41,461 bases of DNA from Psammoneis japonica. Its lineage: Eukaryota. The stretch lies in the NCBI GenBank assembly GCA_008632985.1, contig QPGO01000358.1:1-41461 (forward strand). Reading direction: 5' to 3'. Positions 11,529 to 23,734 of this stretch are shown one piece after another. Each line of letters starts with the position of its first letter. The stretch's first letter is position 1. Below the pieces are notes generated by a model. The model was given only the letters and a program-made list of their open reading frames with translations. It made no database searches and was not told the origin of the DNA. The position numbers and the translations under genes are program-made.

Positions 11529-12737
11529 ATGGAATCGCCCCAGTCGGTTGCTCCCGCCGGTGCTGCTGTCGCTTCTCTGCCAGATCCGAGTTCAGCTTTT
11601 TCACACCAACACTCCATCGCTACCAGAAGCCGCACTTCGTCATCCAGAAGCGCAAGAGCTCGAGGATCGAGAACGAGTCCGGTTGAACTAGTTTCGCCGA
11701 CTAGAACACAAGCGACAATGTCCATCTCCCTTGCTGGTACACCCCCCGTACCACCATCGTCGGACACTCTCGCCCCGCGTCGCTTTACGCGTGCATTTCT
11801 AAGAGCTGGACACGAGGCTGCCGCAGCAGCGGCGAGCTCAGAAACAGACAGGTCTCGCCTAACGAGGAGGACGCAACCTGCCAGAAAGCGTAAGGTGTCT
11901 CAGATGAGCCCTCCGCCTAATGCAAAGGATCCGCCGAAACTGAAATCCGCACCTGGCGTAGCCAAGAAACCGGAATCGGAAGACGAAAGCGATGGCGATG
12001 GCAACTGCTGTATATGCATGTGCGAGTCCGAGCCAGCTGAGAAAGCTGGTATCAATGGCTGTCATCACATATTCTGCTTTGCTTGTATCGAAAAGTGGGC
12101 AGACCGCGAGAATAAGTGTCCTCTTTGTAAAGCGAGGTTCTCGAAGATCGATCGTGTCAACAAACCGGCACGAAGGAAAGGCACAAAAGGGCCCAAGAAC
12201 ACAAAGAGGGTGAAGGACCGTGACCAACGCGCAGACTTGGGACCTGGGCAAGCTTTGCAAGGCTTGTTTGCTTCCCTCGAAGATGGACATGGTGGACTAC
12301 CGCGATCCATTGCTCGGCTTATGTTAGGCATCCCGAGTGGGCGAGCGTCCGCGAGGTTTACCGAGTCGCCCTTTGCTCCGCCTCCTCCTCATGCAGCCGC
12401 CGCCCGCCATACTCGGTCGATTGTTGCCGGTCGCTTTGACGGCCCCCCTTCGGATGACGAAGATGAAGGGTCCTTTGAGAGCTTTGTGCACCGCGTCCGC
12501 GCTCTCAACAGGCAAGCAAACAACCTTGACGACCGCATTGACAGTATTGGGCGAGGAGTGTTCTCTGCGGGCATTCCCGTGGCTTTGCTTCCACCCCCGT
12601 CGAGATCTTATGCTTCGAATGACAATGACGTTGATGCTGGTGAATCAGCCGAGAACGCATTAGAGATTTGTTCCGATAGTGACGACGATGATGAGGTAGA
12701 GGTTGTCCGCGTCGTCGCTCACGCAGCTTCCCTGTGA
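11529..12737 (+). CDS. C3HC4 RING-finger protein (putative E3 ubiquitin ligase)
   Basis: CCICMC...GCHHIFCFACIEKWADRENKCPLCKARF, flanked by low-complexity regions. Confidence 0.9.
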   Translation: MESPQSVAPAGAAVASLPDPSSAFSHQHSIATRSRTSSSRSARARGSRTSPVELVSPTRTQATMSISLAGTPPVPPSSDTLAPRRFTRAFLRAGHEAAAAAASSETDRSRLTRRTQPARKRKVSQMSPPPNAKDPPKLKSAPGVAKKPESEDESDGDGNCCICMCESEPAEKAGINGCHHIFCFACIEKWADRENKCPLCKARFSKIDRVNKPARRKGTKGPKNTKRVKDRDQRADLGPGQALQGLFASLEDGHGGLPRSIARLMLGIPSGRASARFTESPFAPPPPHAAAARHTRSIVAGRFDGPPSDDEDEGSFESFVHRVRALNRQANNLDDRIDSIGRGVFSAGIPVALLPPPSRSYASNDNDVDAGESAENALEICSDSDDDDEVEVVRVVAHAASL

Positions 12738-13187
12738 AAACTTTTGATGTGAATGTTGACGACTGTCGTCGACCAGAAAGTGACTTATCGATGCTTTTGG
12801 CCGCATCCTGTGTCGCTCTGATGTGTACTGTAGTAAAGACAAACGAGTAATAAAGACGTTTTATTTGTAATCTCTGTCGCATCCTGCTGCTACAAGTACG
12901 GTACAGTAATGGAAGCTGCTTTTTCTGACTTGCTAAAGAGGTGAAGGCTACGTGTACCAAGAAAGTTTTTCTCGTCTACTCTCGTTCCCTTTGGGCAAGC
13001 TGCTTGCTAAGTAAAGGCTACGAAACTATGTTGTCGTTGTTTCCCGTCTCTCTTGTTCGTGTTCTGGCGCAAAATCAGCTGTTGTTCGTGTAGTCTAGCT
13101 TTCTAGAGCTACTACACCGCCTACTAGCTAGCCTACTCTCTACTGGTATGCGTCTCGATTCGTTTCGACTGTCGATATGAGGGATTT

Positions 13188-14144
13188 CTAATCCTTTGCG
13201 ACTCTCTTTTTTTCCTCTTGTGTATACGCTACGCCAGATCGATTTGAGTCGGTACCACCTGATCGCCATTGAATATATTCGGCTACGCTCATGCGTTCCT
13301 CCTTTTGGTCGCTTTTCGATTGAAATAGTAGAGTCGCAACGTGTGGATCCGGATCAGCAAAAAATGCAATTGAAATCCGTGCTTTCTGGACCGCCTTTAG
13401 CAACTCTATTGATTGATTTGTGTCTTTCGAAGCTGGTCCGGCTACTCGATGAAGGGTTGCCAGCAAGGAACCACGGGTCCAATCACTTAGCAAGGAACCT
13501 ACATTGACCACCAGGGCGCCGGCAACAAAGGGTACGGGTTTCCATTCATGTTCATGCCACAATTCCAGTCCTGATACGCCGTCCGTAGAAAGCAAGGTGA
13601 CGGTGCCATAATCCGAGTGCGCTTTACAACGATTACCAGTTTCTGCTGTACCAGGTGGATCTAGAATAGCGGTAGGAAGCATTAGACGTAAACGTCCAAG
13701 CACAGCGTGCGAATCAATGTGTGTTCACGACTTACATTGCAGTAATCTCATGCAACTGTTGTTCTCGCTGTGTAGCTTTGAAAAGTAATCTGGAGCTTCC
13801 ATGTCCAATCCAACTGCGATGCATTCTAATATCGACATTTTCGCCTTTTCCAATGCTTGGTAATACTCGCCCAGATCCTGCGACAAACTCAGCGACACTT
13901 CATGAGATTCCAACATGCAGTATCTCTTGGGATCCACGGGATGATGCTCAATGATTTTGTTCTCGGAGGCAAAGAACTCTTCTGCGGCCTTTAGGGCCTT
14001 TGTTTGCAATTCAGACGAAACCAATGGCGTGGTGACGAGAGCAAAACCGCTAGTCTGGAATGCCGCAACGAGAGACTCGGATACTTCCTTGGACGGCGGT
14101 GATTCGGGGAGATGGATCAAGGGGACAAAGGCCGATCCTGACAT
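13188..14144 (-). CDS. 2-oxoglutarate/Fe(II) dioxygenase (IPNS/DIOX-like); exons 14144-13736 and 13660-13188
   Basis: A 75-bp GTAAG..TTCTAG intron restores MRLLQYPPG. HSDYG (HxD), GLE, VVNVGSLLSDWT, ATLHRV and RISIAFF (RxS) motifs present. Confidence 0.92.
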
Positions 14145-14524
14145 GCTTACACGTTCAAATTCCCTTTCTTCTCTCCTAAAGTTCTGATTAGAATACCCTG
14201 TGTGTCTTAAAAATCCCCCAAGCCCTGAAAAGGATGCAGCAGTAGCACCTTTTTGCCGTTGCCTTGCCACAACAGAAGATCGCTCCTAGTCACTTGTCGT
14301 GCCTGCCTGCGAGCCGAAGCCACCAAACCAAAACGCAGGCAAGACGACATTTGGCGCACGGTTTTTTTTTTTTGCGCGCCAAATTTTACCAATCCGAAGG
14401 CACGGAATCCGGACAGCTGTTTTCCGCCACGTCAAAGCAACTTTCGAAAAATCTCCTTCCGACATTCTCCTGCTGTCGTTGCAACACATGGGATCGACAG
14501 TACGAGTAAAAGTTGCATCTGTAC

Positions 14525-17500
14525 ATGTGTCAGCAATGAGGAGGGGATTCAGCCAACACAGTGCTTGCACTGAGAGTGCCTTGTGGGAATGCACTTGGCG
14601 GGCTGCAACTGGCTTTGTTGCTCCAACCAGCCCAGTCAACAAGATCACATCACAGCATGCAACTGGATTTTGCTGTGAAATTTCCACATACCACCACAGC
14701 AGGAAGAAGCCTCGTCATCTCTGCTGCTGTGCCCCCTGAGAACAAAGTGTGTGTGGCCTTTTGAGTCAAAAGCAGAGCAGAGAGTGGGTGGCGCCAGAGT
14801 CAGAAAATGAGACACCATTGTGATCCAAGTGGTGGTGGCAGCCCCAAGACAGCATTTTGGTCCAGGTGAGTGAGAGGGCCAAATGGAATGATGGTTGGGC
14901 CAGAATTCGGTGGTGACGCTGGCCTTCTTGCGCCATTGAGTCGCTCAGATGCTTGCCACAAGCCAACCCAAGAAGCCTGATCTCAAGAATGCTTTGAACT
15001 GGAGCACCACACAACTCTGTGGAAGCCAAAATCAAGCTGCAGTGAGGACCAAATTCACTCATCAATGCAGTGTCTTGGTGTTGGATGGTGTCATGATGGG
15101 CTGCTCAAGTTGTGCCAAGCATGGCCCAGCATTGGGTGATGATGTCGTGGCTGTTCAATTGTGCCAAGCATGATGATTTTGCCTGTCAAGCAACAGCTGT
15201 GCACACCCCACTCAGCCACACATGAATGCCAGTCCCAAACCAGTCTTGGTCATTGGCAGTGGTGACAATGGCCTCCCATGAGAGATTGTCAAATGAAAAA
15301 TGTGACTCTGTGTCTGCCACCCTTTGAGAGCCAAAGCTCCATTGGTGTCCTTGCAATGGACTCATCTGACCCCATTTGACCTGCACTTGTCTTGTTTGAA
15401 AGTCTCTTGCACAAGGCCACATGCATCAGTCTCAAAAAGGGTTGCGCTGTCTGCGCACACTGGGTGAGTGCATGTGGCTTCACGTGAGAATCTATTTTGT
15501 TCTGCCCCTCTTCATTCAGCCCATGTTCTGCACCTGCACCAATGCCAGGTGTGCTTTTGCAGCCATTCCAACTTGTCTGTCAGGTTAAATTGGCTTCATT
15601 CTCACTGCAAAGAGACATTTGAGAGGCTTCACTTGCATGAGGCAGCCTTTGTCTTGCCCACCTTTGCTCAGCATGAAATTTTTCTTGATGAGTGGGTCAC
15701 CAAGGAATTAGGCTGGATGCACAAAGTGTTTGTGCTGGCTCATTTTGCATTTAATTAAGAAGAGCTCATGGTGTGTGTGGCACCTGAGCCAGAACATTGC
15801 CATGCAAGCAACATCTTCAGCGACCCTTGATGCTGACATGTTTGCTGCTTGGCACAAAGGTCATTTTGAATTGCTGAAAATGCTCGCCATTTTGATGACA
15901 CAAAAAGGTGTCATGCTTGGGGTGTGTCAAAACCAGCTCCATTGCTCATTGCTGTCTTTTGTTGCCAGTGTCATTTTGCCAAGAAGAGCAGGGTGGTGCA
16001 AGAACACAAATTTGGGCAGGCAGAATTGAGAGCTGCAGGTTGTCACTGCACTGTTTTGCTGCAAGCACCAAAGTCAGGACAGCACCATTTATGAAGACAT
16101 CTGTCTGTTCCCCAGGTCTGGTGCTTTCTGCACCAGAAAGACACAGCAGCATCAGCAACCTTTCCAATGAGTGAAATGCTTGTCCAAATTCTGGGCCACC
16201 CAGCTGGTGCCTGGAGAGCAGAAACCTGGCTGTGGCATTGTGATGAAGTCAGCCAAAAAAATTCAGAGAGGCAATGGTGCAAGTGTGCAGGTGCTGGTGC
16301 TGAAAATCAGCTCTGAGTTTGTGTGCAAGTGAAAAAATGCTGGTGCACAGCAATGACAAACTCATCTAAAGGCATTTTACAAAACTCTGATCATTGTGAA
16401 CCTCAACAAATGAAACAAAATGAAAGTCCCACCTGGTTTCAGTTCTCTCCACCAACTGATTCAAACTGTTGCACATCTCAACTTTTTCTTTCAGAAATGA
16501 CTCAAAACAAAACTCCATGACATGAGCCTGAGTTCAAGCATCAATTTCATCTGAGTTCTCCTTCATGAACAGTTTTGAAAATGAGGGCATCAGAAATCAA
16601 CTTGGTTCATTGTGTGATGCCAACGCCACCTTGAATTTGATCATGTGACATGGTCTTGGAAACTGTCACTCACAGAGTGCTGCCATTTGTGCCCCAATTT
16701 TGCTGAAACAGAGCTGTTTCACAACACACATCAAACAAAGAATGAACCAAAGCATCTTGCACCTGGCCAGTTGCATCTGCAACAATGGACTCATCAGTGA
16801 TCCTCCCCAGTCTGGCACTTTGGCAGCCTCCAAGTTGTCACAAGACTCCATCATCCAAGTCACACCCAGATCATTGTAAAAAAAACTTGAAGTGACCTGA
16901 GCTCATTTGAAAGGTGGTCATTGCTCTCATCAGCTCACATGTGTTGTCCAACCTCACATGACAGAATGAGCTGGGGCATGGTTGTGTCATCAAAGTGAAC
17001 CCTTGACCATTTTTCCCTGAATGTCCCATTCAATGTGCTGCCTTTTCTTGAACCTGGGCATTTTTGGCTCTTTCATTGAAGTCTTCTTTGCATGGTCCTC
17101 ATTGCAACAGCAAGACAGGAGAGCATCCTGGGGAGTTGCTGGCAAATGTGAACCCCATCACATGCACACAAATGCAAAAGGCCAGCGCTGCTCTCAACAT
17201 GAGATGCAAGAGAGGCCCCGCAAGGTTGCTGACATTGCAACTCTTTGAAGCCAGGCAAACACTGAACAAGACAACAGCACTTGTCCTGTCAACATGCTTG
17301 AACAATGAAACAACATGCACGTTGAGCTCACATGCTTGGTGTGGTTGCTTGGATGTAAAAATGGCAAGCTTTATGCACTTCAACAATGAGGACTTGAACT
17401 TGACAAGAAACATGGACTTTGCTCCAGATGAGAGACCCAGTGATGGACAATCAGATTGAGCTCAAAACAGGGGTTGAAAAGCTTTGCTGCTTGACTGACA

Positions 17501-18400
17501 AACAGACATCCGCCAGTTTTGTGTGTGCTCCTCTTGAGCCAAACAGAAAGCCACTGGGAATGTGTGATGGCAGCCATGTGGAGATCTTGTGGCAACTGCA
17601 TGTGCTCTTGCAGTGGATCATGACTCCAGTCAAGTCACAGTGGCCAACATGATGATCATGATGTTCGCAAAGTAAGATGATGAGAGAAGAGGCAGCATGG
17701 TGATGAGAGCAATGGATGACTGTGTGTTGCTTGCATCACCAAAAGCAAAATTGTGACAGCTTCAGTTGATGCCATTTGAAGGGTGCTTGGACACAGTCAT
17801 CATCAGTGCAAAAACATGCTGAGTGCATGACACCAGCCCCAGCTCTGCTCACATTTTTCAAGAGCAAAAAGATCGCATCAGCTCCACTTCACCACACTTG
17901 CATTGGGGTGGACTGAGGACATGTGTCAGCCAAAACCTTTCAGAAACATCATGGTTGCCTTTGTCATTTTTGTGCTTTTACCAATGCTGGCCAATGCTGG
18001 CCAATGTTTGTGTGGGATGTGGAGCAGAGGTTGTAAAAGCAAGCATCCTCTGTTCTCAGAGGTTCGTTTCTTCTGCCATGCACTCTCTCTTGTCATTGGG
18101 ACAGTTGCCTCACAATTCTGTCACAGGAGCTGCACTGTTCTGTGGTTGAATTGTGTCAATGTGTTGAAACCAGTTGGCTGCCACTGTTGCCATGGCTGGG
18201 GCAGTTGGAGCTGCGTTTGGAGTTTGAAGCTGGTGCAGCCAGAGAAGGCAGGGTGCTCACTTACCCCCAGCTCCTGAGCCCACCCCTCACTGAAGCCCCA
18301 ATGTTGGGACCTGAGCCCAGAGCCAGAAGCAAAGAAGTGGCTGAGATGGGACAGTTGAGACCAACTTGAAACTGTGGTGGTCGAGGCCAGAGAGCGCTCG
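14525..18400. other. CpG- and TpA-depleted, TpG/CpA-rich domain (hypermutated relic; underlying element not identified)
   Basis: No TA dinucleotide seen from ~14691 to 15492; neither CG nor TA from 15148 to 15444. ORF translations are rich in C/H/W/M/Q and nearly lack Y. Confidence 0.9.
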
Positions 18401-18512
18401 CTCCCAGCATGCTGCTCCACTTCTTCGCGCGTGTTCTTGCGCGAATTGCCCCCAAAATCAGAGCCATGATGGATGATGGCCATGAGCATGATGACGAAGA
18501 AGGAACTAGACT

Positions 18513-19679
18513 ATGGCACCAACACGACGATCCAATTCACCCTTCACTCAGTTGAATGTCCATGAACATGAGTCTCTGACGAGGAGTGGAACAAGACAAA
18601 ACAGCGACAATGAAGAACGACAGGAAATTTCAGACTGGAGACCAATGGCATGCTGCTTGGGAATTGCTGCGTTCTCCATGGCAATGATGGCGTTTCTGGT
18701 TGGTTTTTACGCTCTCATCAGACATTCACGTGGTCCTATGTATTCAACCACTCGTGAACAGAAACATCATGGAATGAAATGGTTTCGACATAGCAGCCTG
18801 ACCACCGGTGGCCATCAGACCCACGGGAACGCTCGTCCGATTTCAGTTCACAACATGCATCATGTACCCGAGAGTGAAGAGATGAATGCGAATGCAGAAC
18901 TGAGCAAGGACGGCGAGAATTAATTACTGGGATACTCAACAACTCAATATAATGAAGAGAGAAAGAAACGTGCATACCTTAACTTAGCACGAGATGATGT
19001 ATCGAATGTTTCCGAAAAGAACGAGGCGAATGTTGAGAATTCTGGCGGTCCAGACCGATCTGTAACCTGTAACGAGATAATGAAAAGAACAGCCCACATC
19101 AAAAAGAAACTTGCACAACTTCTCCTTATTCTATAAACCACTGATGCATACAGATGTGAAAGCCTCGCTTCTTCACCGAAGCGTGAACAACTTGCTAGGG
19201 AAGGCGTGGAGTAGCTATCCGACATCATAAAAAAAACTTGGGCAGACAGCCAAACGATTAACGGGCACATCTCGTTGAATGTAACTTTTGCGCGAAACAC
19301 AGCTACCTTACAGGCCTGCGCCGATGAAACAGACTGACCGAAAAGAAAAAAGGCTCGTATACTCTTGTCTGTGCTGTGCATTGAAAAAACAGGCGCTTTT
19401 GTAACTCTCAGGAAACACGAACAGAGGGGCAGAAGTCACATCTTGTCTCTTCAAAAGAAGAGAAATGGTAGGAAACTTGCGTCGGAAAAAGGTGTGTACG
19501 GAAAAGCTAACGTCTGTCCCGAGAGAAGCAATCGAAAACTGAAAGCAATTCTGGCAACACGAAGCGCAGCGTACGCGCCTCTACTCGAGTCGCAGCTGCC
19601 ACAACAATCCATACATACAAAGAGAGGAAGCCTCCAACACCCCAATGAAAAATGGGCATTTCTGAAAGTTGAAAAATGA
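18513..19679 (+). pseudogene. Possible decayed ORF (one predicted TM helix, basic C-terminal part)
   Basis: ORFs 18513-18923 and 19365-19679 share a frame that has only four internal stops (18921, ~19134, ~19212, ~19335). Confidence 0.35.
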
Positions 19680-19772
19680 AAACAGGATGCGCCGTTCCAC
19701 TGCAAAACCTTCTTCAGCAGAAAAGAGCAAGGAACGGGTGAAAACTACAAGCACACAGACCAAAACGAAACA

Positions 19773-21107
19773 TCAGTATGGTCGATTCATTCGCGTATCG
19801 CGACCACGCCCCCCGCTGGGCGTTTTTCCACCCCGTACATGAGAAGAGCTTCGAGGATCACTAGCAGAACGGCGGGGATCTTTGGCGTGGATGTGTCTCG
19901 ACGATACAGGCCGAGGACCGCGCGCTTTCCCACGGAAAGAACCTTGTGAACGACGCGATGGTGGTGCAGCAACACTGCTCCTACTTTGAAACGTTCTCGG
20001 CGTGTCCACCGAGGCTTGCAAAATCCGACCTTTGAATTGCAATGTTGATTTTGCGGCCATGTCCAAAATGCGAGAAGCCTCGGCTGGAGTTGACAAATCA
20101 ATGTGAGCATAGCACCATGTCGCATTTGGATCCTTGTCATACTCAATTGTGCAAATCTTGACTGTGACATGGTGTTCAGACAGGCTTGAAACAATGTCTT
20201 GCGGCTTTGTATTTGTGGGTAGATTCTCCAAGAAAACCTTGGTACCTGCACGTGGAGGTGGCGGTGGAGGTTGGTTCGCCGGTTGCTGAAAATGCTGAGA
20301 CCCATGTGGGGCGGCTGGAATCAGAGAAGGCTGGAGTACCGGCTGATAGGAGTTACTCACGTGCACCGGTTGTTGTGGTGGACCAGGTAGCACCGCCGCC
20401 TGTGTTTGCGCTGTTAGGACAGGGAAAGAAGAAGCAGGATGCATCGTTACTGGAGTATTCATAGGCTGACCAGGGATACTAGGCAGGCCAAAGGACGAGT
20501 TGGTTGCATTATTGGCCTGATACGCCACAGGAGCATAATTTGGACCAACGTAGCTTGTCGTAGGCTGTTGAGCGGAATAAGGAAAAGGTGTGTATGTAGT
20601 TTGTGAGGAGACATGCGTTTGACGTGCGTATGCCACGGGCTGCGGAGCATTGGCAACATAACCACCAGTCGGAGCATGTTGCTGTGTGGGGGGCTGAGCT
20701 GCCATGTAAGTTGTCTGTCGGGGGGCTGAATCATACGCCTTTGGCTGAGCCGATGACGATTTAGCTCGGAGAGGATTACGGGTGGGCATTTTTCGATTCT
20801 CGTCGTCTCGAGCCAAAAACACGTCGGGTTTGTTCATGAAAAGAATCCTGTTATTGTTGGATGTTGCATAACTTTCAACTGCAGTATTACCATCCGCAGT
20901 AAGCATATAGAGGAACCCATAGCCACGGGATTTCTTCTTTTCTTTGTCGTAGATGATTTTGACAAAGTTCACCTCCCCAAACTGTCGAAAGTGCTCTTTC
21001 AGTGCTTCTTCTGTGACGTTGAAAGGCATGTGCGCAATAAAGAATTTAAACGCATCATTCAAAGGCCCCATTGCATCTTTCGGCGTCGAGAACAATTGCT
21101 CGTCCAT
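19773..21107 (-). CDS. RNA-binding protein with two RRM domains and a P/Q-rich linker
   Basis: RRM1 FFIAHMP...SRGYGFLYM; RRM2 KVFLENLP...YAHIDL; R/G/S-rich tail ending NRPY. Confidence 0.88.
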   Translation of the reverse strand: MDEQLFSTPKDAMGPLNDAFKFFIAHMPFNVTEEALKEHFRQFGEVNFVKIIYDKEKKKSRGYGFLYMLTADGNTAVESYATSNNNRILFMNKPDVFLARDDENRKMPTRNPLRAKSSSAQPKAYDSAPRQTTYMAAQPPTQQHAPTGGYVANAPQPVAYARQTHVSSQTTYTPFPYSAQQPTTSYVGPNYAPVAYQANNATNSSFGLPSIPGQPMNTPVTMHPASSFPVLTAQTQAAVLPGPPQQPVHVSNSYQPVLQPSLIPAAPHGSQHFQQPANQPPPPPPRAGTKVFLENLPTNTKPQDIVSSLSEHHVTVKICTIEYDKDPNATWCYAHIDLSTPAEASRILDMAAKSTLQFKGRILQASVDTPRTFQSRSSVAAPPSRRSQGSFRGKARGPRPVSSRHIHAKDPRRSASDPRSSSHVRGGKTPSGGRGRDTRMNRPY

Positions 21108-21787
21108 CAAAATTACCGTCGTAATATGTAGCCACCAAGCTCAGGCAACAACAACCTTGGTTCTGGGTGTAGAAGTGTGCGTTTCCTACGATAACACTTT
21201 CAGAGTGCAAGGCACAAAATGTTTGCTCAAAAATTGAAAATAGGACTGACGGAACCAACACGGAAGTTATAGATTCGGTTGCATCGACCGCGTAACCATA
21301 ATTGGCGATATAGGCCCTAGAGTAGAGAGCCTAGAGAACTAGAGAGTAGCCTAACCTCAAACAACTCATTTTATAACTCACTGCCTCACGACGTCTCATC
21401 GTCCGCACATTGGCGATGTATCTTGACTTCTTCGACTCAGATTAGATAGATAATGACTTTCATAAATACGTGGAACTATAATACTACTATTTACATATGA
21501 ATACTGTATTCACTCTTATCTTACTCAAAATTTAGGAGGGGCATAAATCTCGGGTCATCACGATCAACTCATAAAGACCAACACTCACATTTTTCTCGTG
21601 AACGGCACAAATAAAGAGATCGGCCTTTGCGACCTCTTTCTACAACACCGCCTCGCCCGCCATCAGCTGGGACTCTCTCAGTCGATACGTCCCTATCCTG
21701 GCGTAATTAACAGACGCAACCAAGCAAGGTGTTCTGTGCAATCAAGCTTGGGGGTCCTGTCCTTATTCATTTGAGTGAGAGAAAAAC

Positions 21788-23456
21788 ATGCCGCACCATG
21801 CAATGACGCTCAATGTCGTTTTCTTCTTGGTTCTGGCATCAATATTTATGCTAACCGAATCTGGCCCGGCTAGTTCGAGCTTGCCGTCAAGCGATAGTGA
21901 GGTGGAGCTTTTTACGCTGCCACCTCTCGCGCTCCCTGATTCCAGACAGTTCTCTAGTGATCCACCCAAAGATGAACCTTTAGTTCTCGCGCTTCCAAAC
22001 GTGGTTTCCATCACGCCTGATTCACACGGAAATTGGGATGTAGCTGCGGACGGAACACGAGTATGGCGACTTCATATTGTTGCTCCTCGTGCCACGGGAG
22101 CCGTTGTTGGAATCACCAGATATTACATGCCCGAGGGGGGCAGCCTTTACCTTTATTCCAGTGATCGGGCCGTCATGTTGCCACCATTTACTAGTGAGCA
22201 CAACAATCCCACTGGCGAGCTCTGGCTGCCGCTGGTACCAACAAATGATCTGGTTCTTGAAGTGAATCTCTCCCAGAACAACACAGTGGAACCGTTCGAA
22301 TTAGAGATTGGAGCAATCAATAGTGGCTTTCGTTCACTTTCTGATGCATCCAATCGTAGAAACCTGCGTTCTGGTAGCTGCAACGTTGACGTTTCTTGTT
22401 CAGTGGCGGAAGAATGGAGACGAGAGGTCAGGTCCGTCGCAGTCTATGCGTACGGCGGGCGCGGTAAAAACTACCTTGCTTGTACTGGAACATTGGTCAA
22501 CAATGTGCGACAAGACCAGAAGAACTTCTTTCTCACTGCCAACCACTGCATAGACAGCCAAAGAGATGCAAACTCTTTAACAGTCTACTGGAATTATCAA
22601 ACAAGCACCTGTAGACGATCGACGCCCGATGGCTCGTTGAATCAGTTTACCACTGGTGGTGCAAAATTGAGGGCGACAAGCGGAGCGTCAGATTTCACTC
22701 TGCTAGAACTAAACTCGAAGCCCAATCCATCTTTTGGTGTAACCTACGCTGGATGGGACAGGTCGGGAAAGGAGGCAACTTCGGCTGTATGCATTCACCA
22801 TCCTCGGACCAGCGAGAAGCGCATCAGCTTTGAGAACAACCCAACCAGTACCACCGACTCTTATGATAACCGGGTGAACTCAAATCGCAATTTCTACCGT
22901 GTTCGGGACTGGGACAGTGGCACAACTGAGCCAGGGTAAGTTGTTTGTAAGAGCGGATGGTATGAAGTACAATTGCCGCTTGTGAATCTCAAGGTGCTTT
23001 TCCTCTTTGTTTAGCTCGTCAGGGGCACCGCTTTTTAACCAGAACCACCACATCATTGGTCAGCTGCTTGGTGGCCAAGCAGCTTGTGGAAATAACCAAC
23101 CGGATTGGTATGGCAAGTTCTCAAAATCTTGGAGTTTAGGAATGAAGACCTGGTTGGACCCCGATGACGAAAGACCCATGACTCTTGACTTGCTCGACAC
23201 ACGTGTCACAATCCCCGTCCCGAGTTCTCCAACTCCTTCGCCGATTCCTCCTCTGTCTGAAGCCTTGAACTGCACTAGTGATTCAAGCTGGTTCTGGATC
23301 AACAGAAGGGGTCTGAGGAGAGATTGTGCTTGGGCGGGAGAAAAGAGGAACAACCGAAAAAGGTGTCGCAGAAACGGATTTAGCCGAGACGGCCGTGCTC
23401 GAGCATCAGTTGCTTGTCCCGCGGAGTGCAAGTCTCAATGCCGTACTTATTATTAG
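21788..23456 (+). CDS. Secreted trypsin-like serine protease of lysyl endopeptidase (Achromobacter protease I) type with C-terminal Cys-rich domain; exons 21788-22935, 23015-23456
   Basis: Signal peptide, propeptide, SGSCNVDVSC, CTGTLVNN, LTANHC (His), SDFTLLEL (Asp), CIHHP, spliced GTTEPG|SSGAPLF (Ser), DWYGKF. 79-bp GTAAG..TTTAG intron. Confidence 0.92.
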
Positions 23457-23734
23457 AGACCAGATCGGCTGAGAAGGAATCGTTGCCTTTAAAGATGCTA
23501 CCGTATCAAAATCATGTTAGACTTTCCACAGTAGACATTTTAGATATTATGAACGGAAACCACCGTCTCTCCTTCCGTTTGTTAGGACGGAAGAATCCCT
23601 TATCAAAACGAAGCATACTCATTTTTTGATAACCAATTTACTCAATAGTGAGCCTTTCATCCCACAAGAGGTACGAATGTCCCTCAATCCTACTGTTTCA
23701 AGTAACCCCGTTAGTCACCCCGGAAAGCACATAA

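Noticed and set aside
14525..18400. Many short overlapping C/H/W-rich ORFs here and at 37.0-38.9 kb
   Set aside because: Loss of TA removes TAA/TAG stops and Tyr codons, inflating ORFs in all frames; no recognisable domains.
14525..18400. Classical fungal RIP
   Set aside because: RIP converts CpA to TpA and raises TpA and AT content; here TpA is depleted and CpA is abundant.
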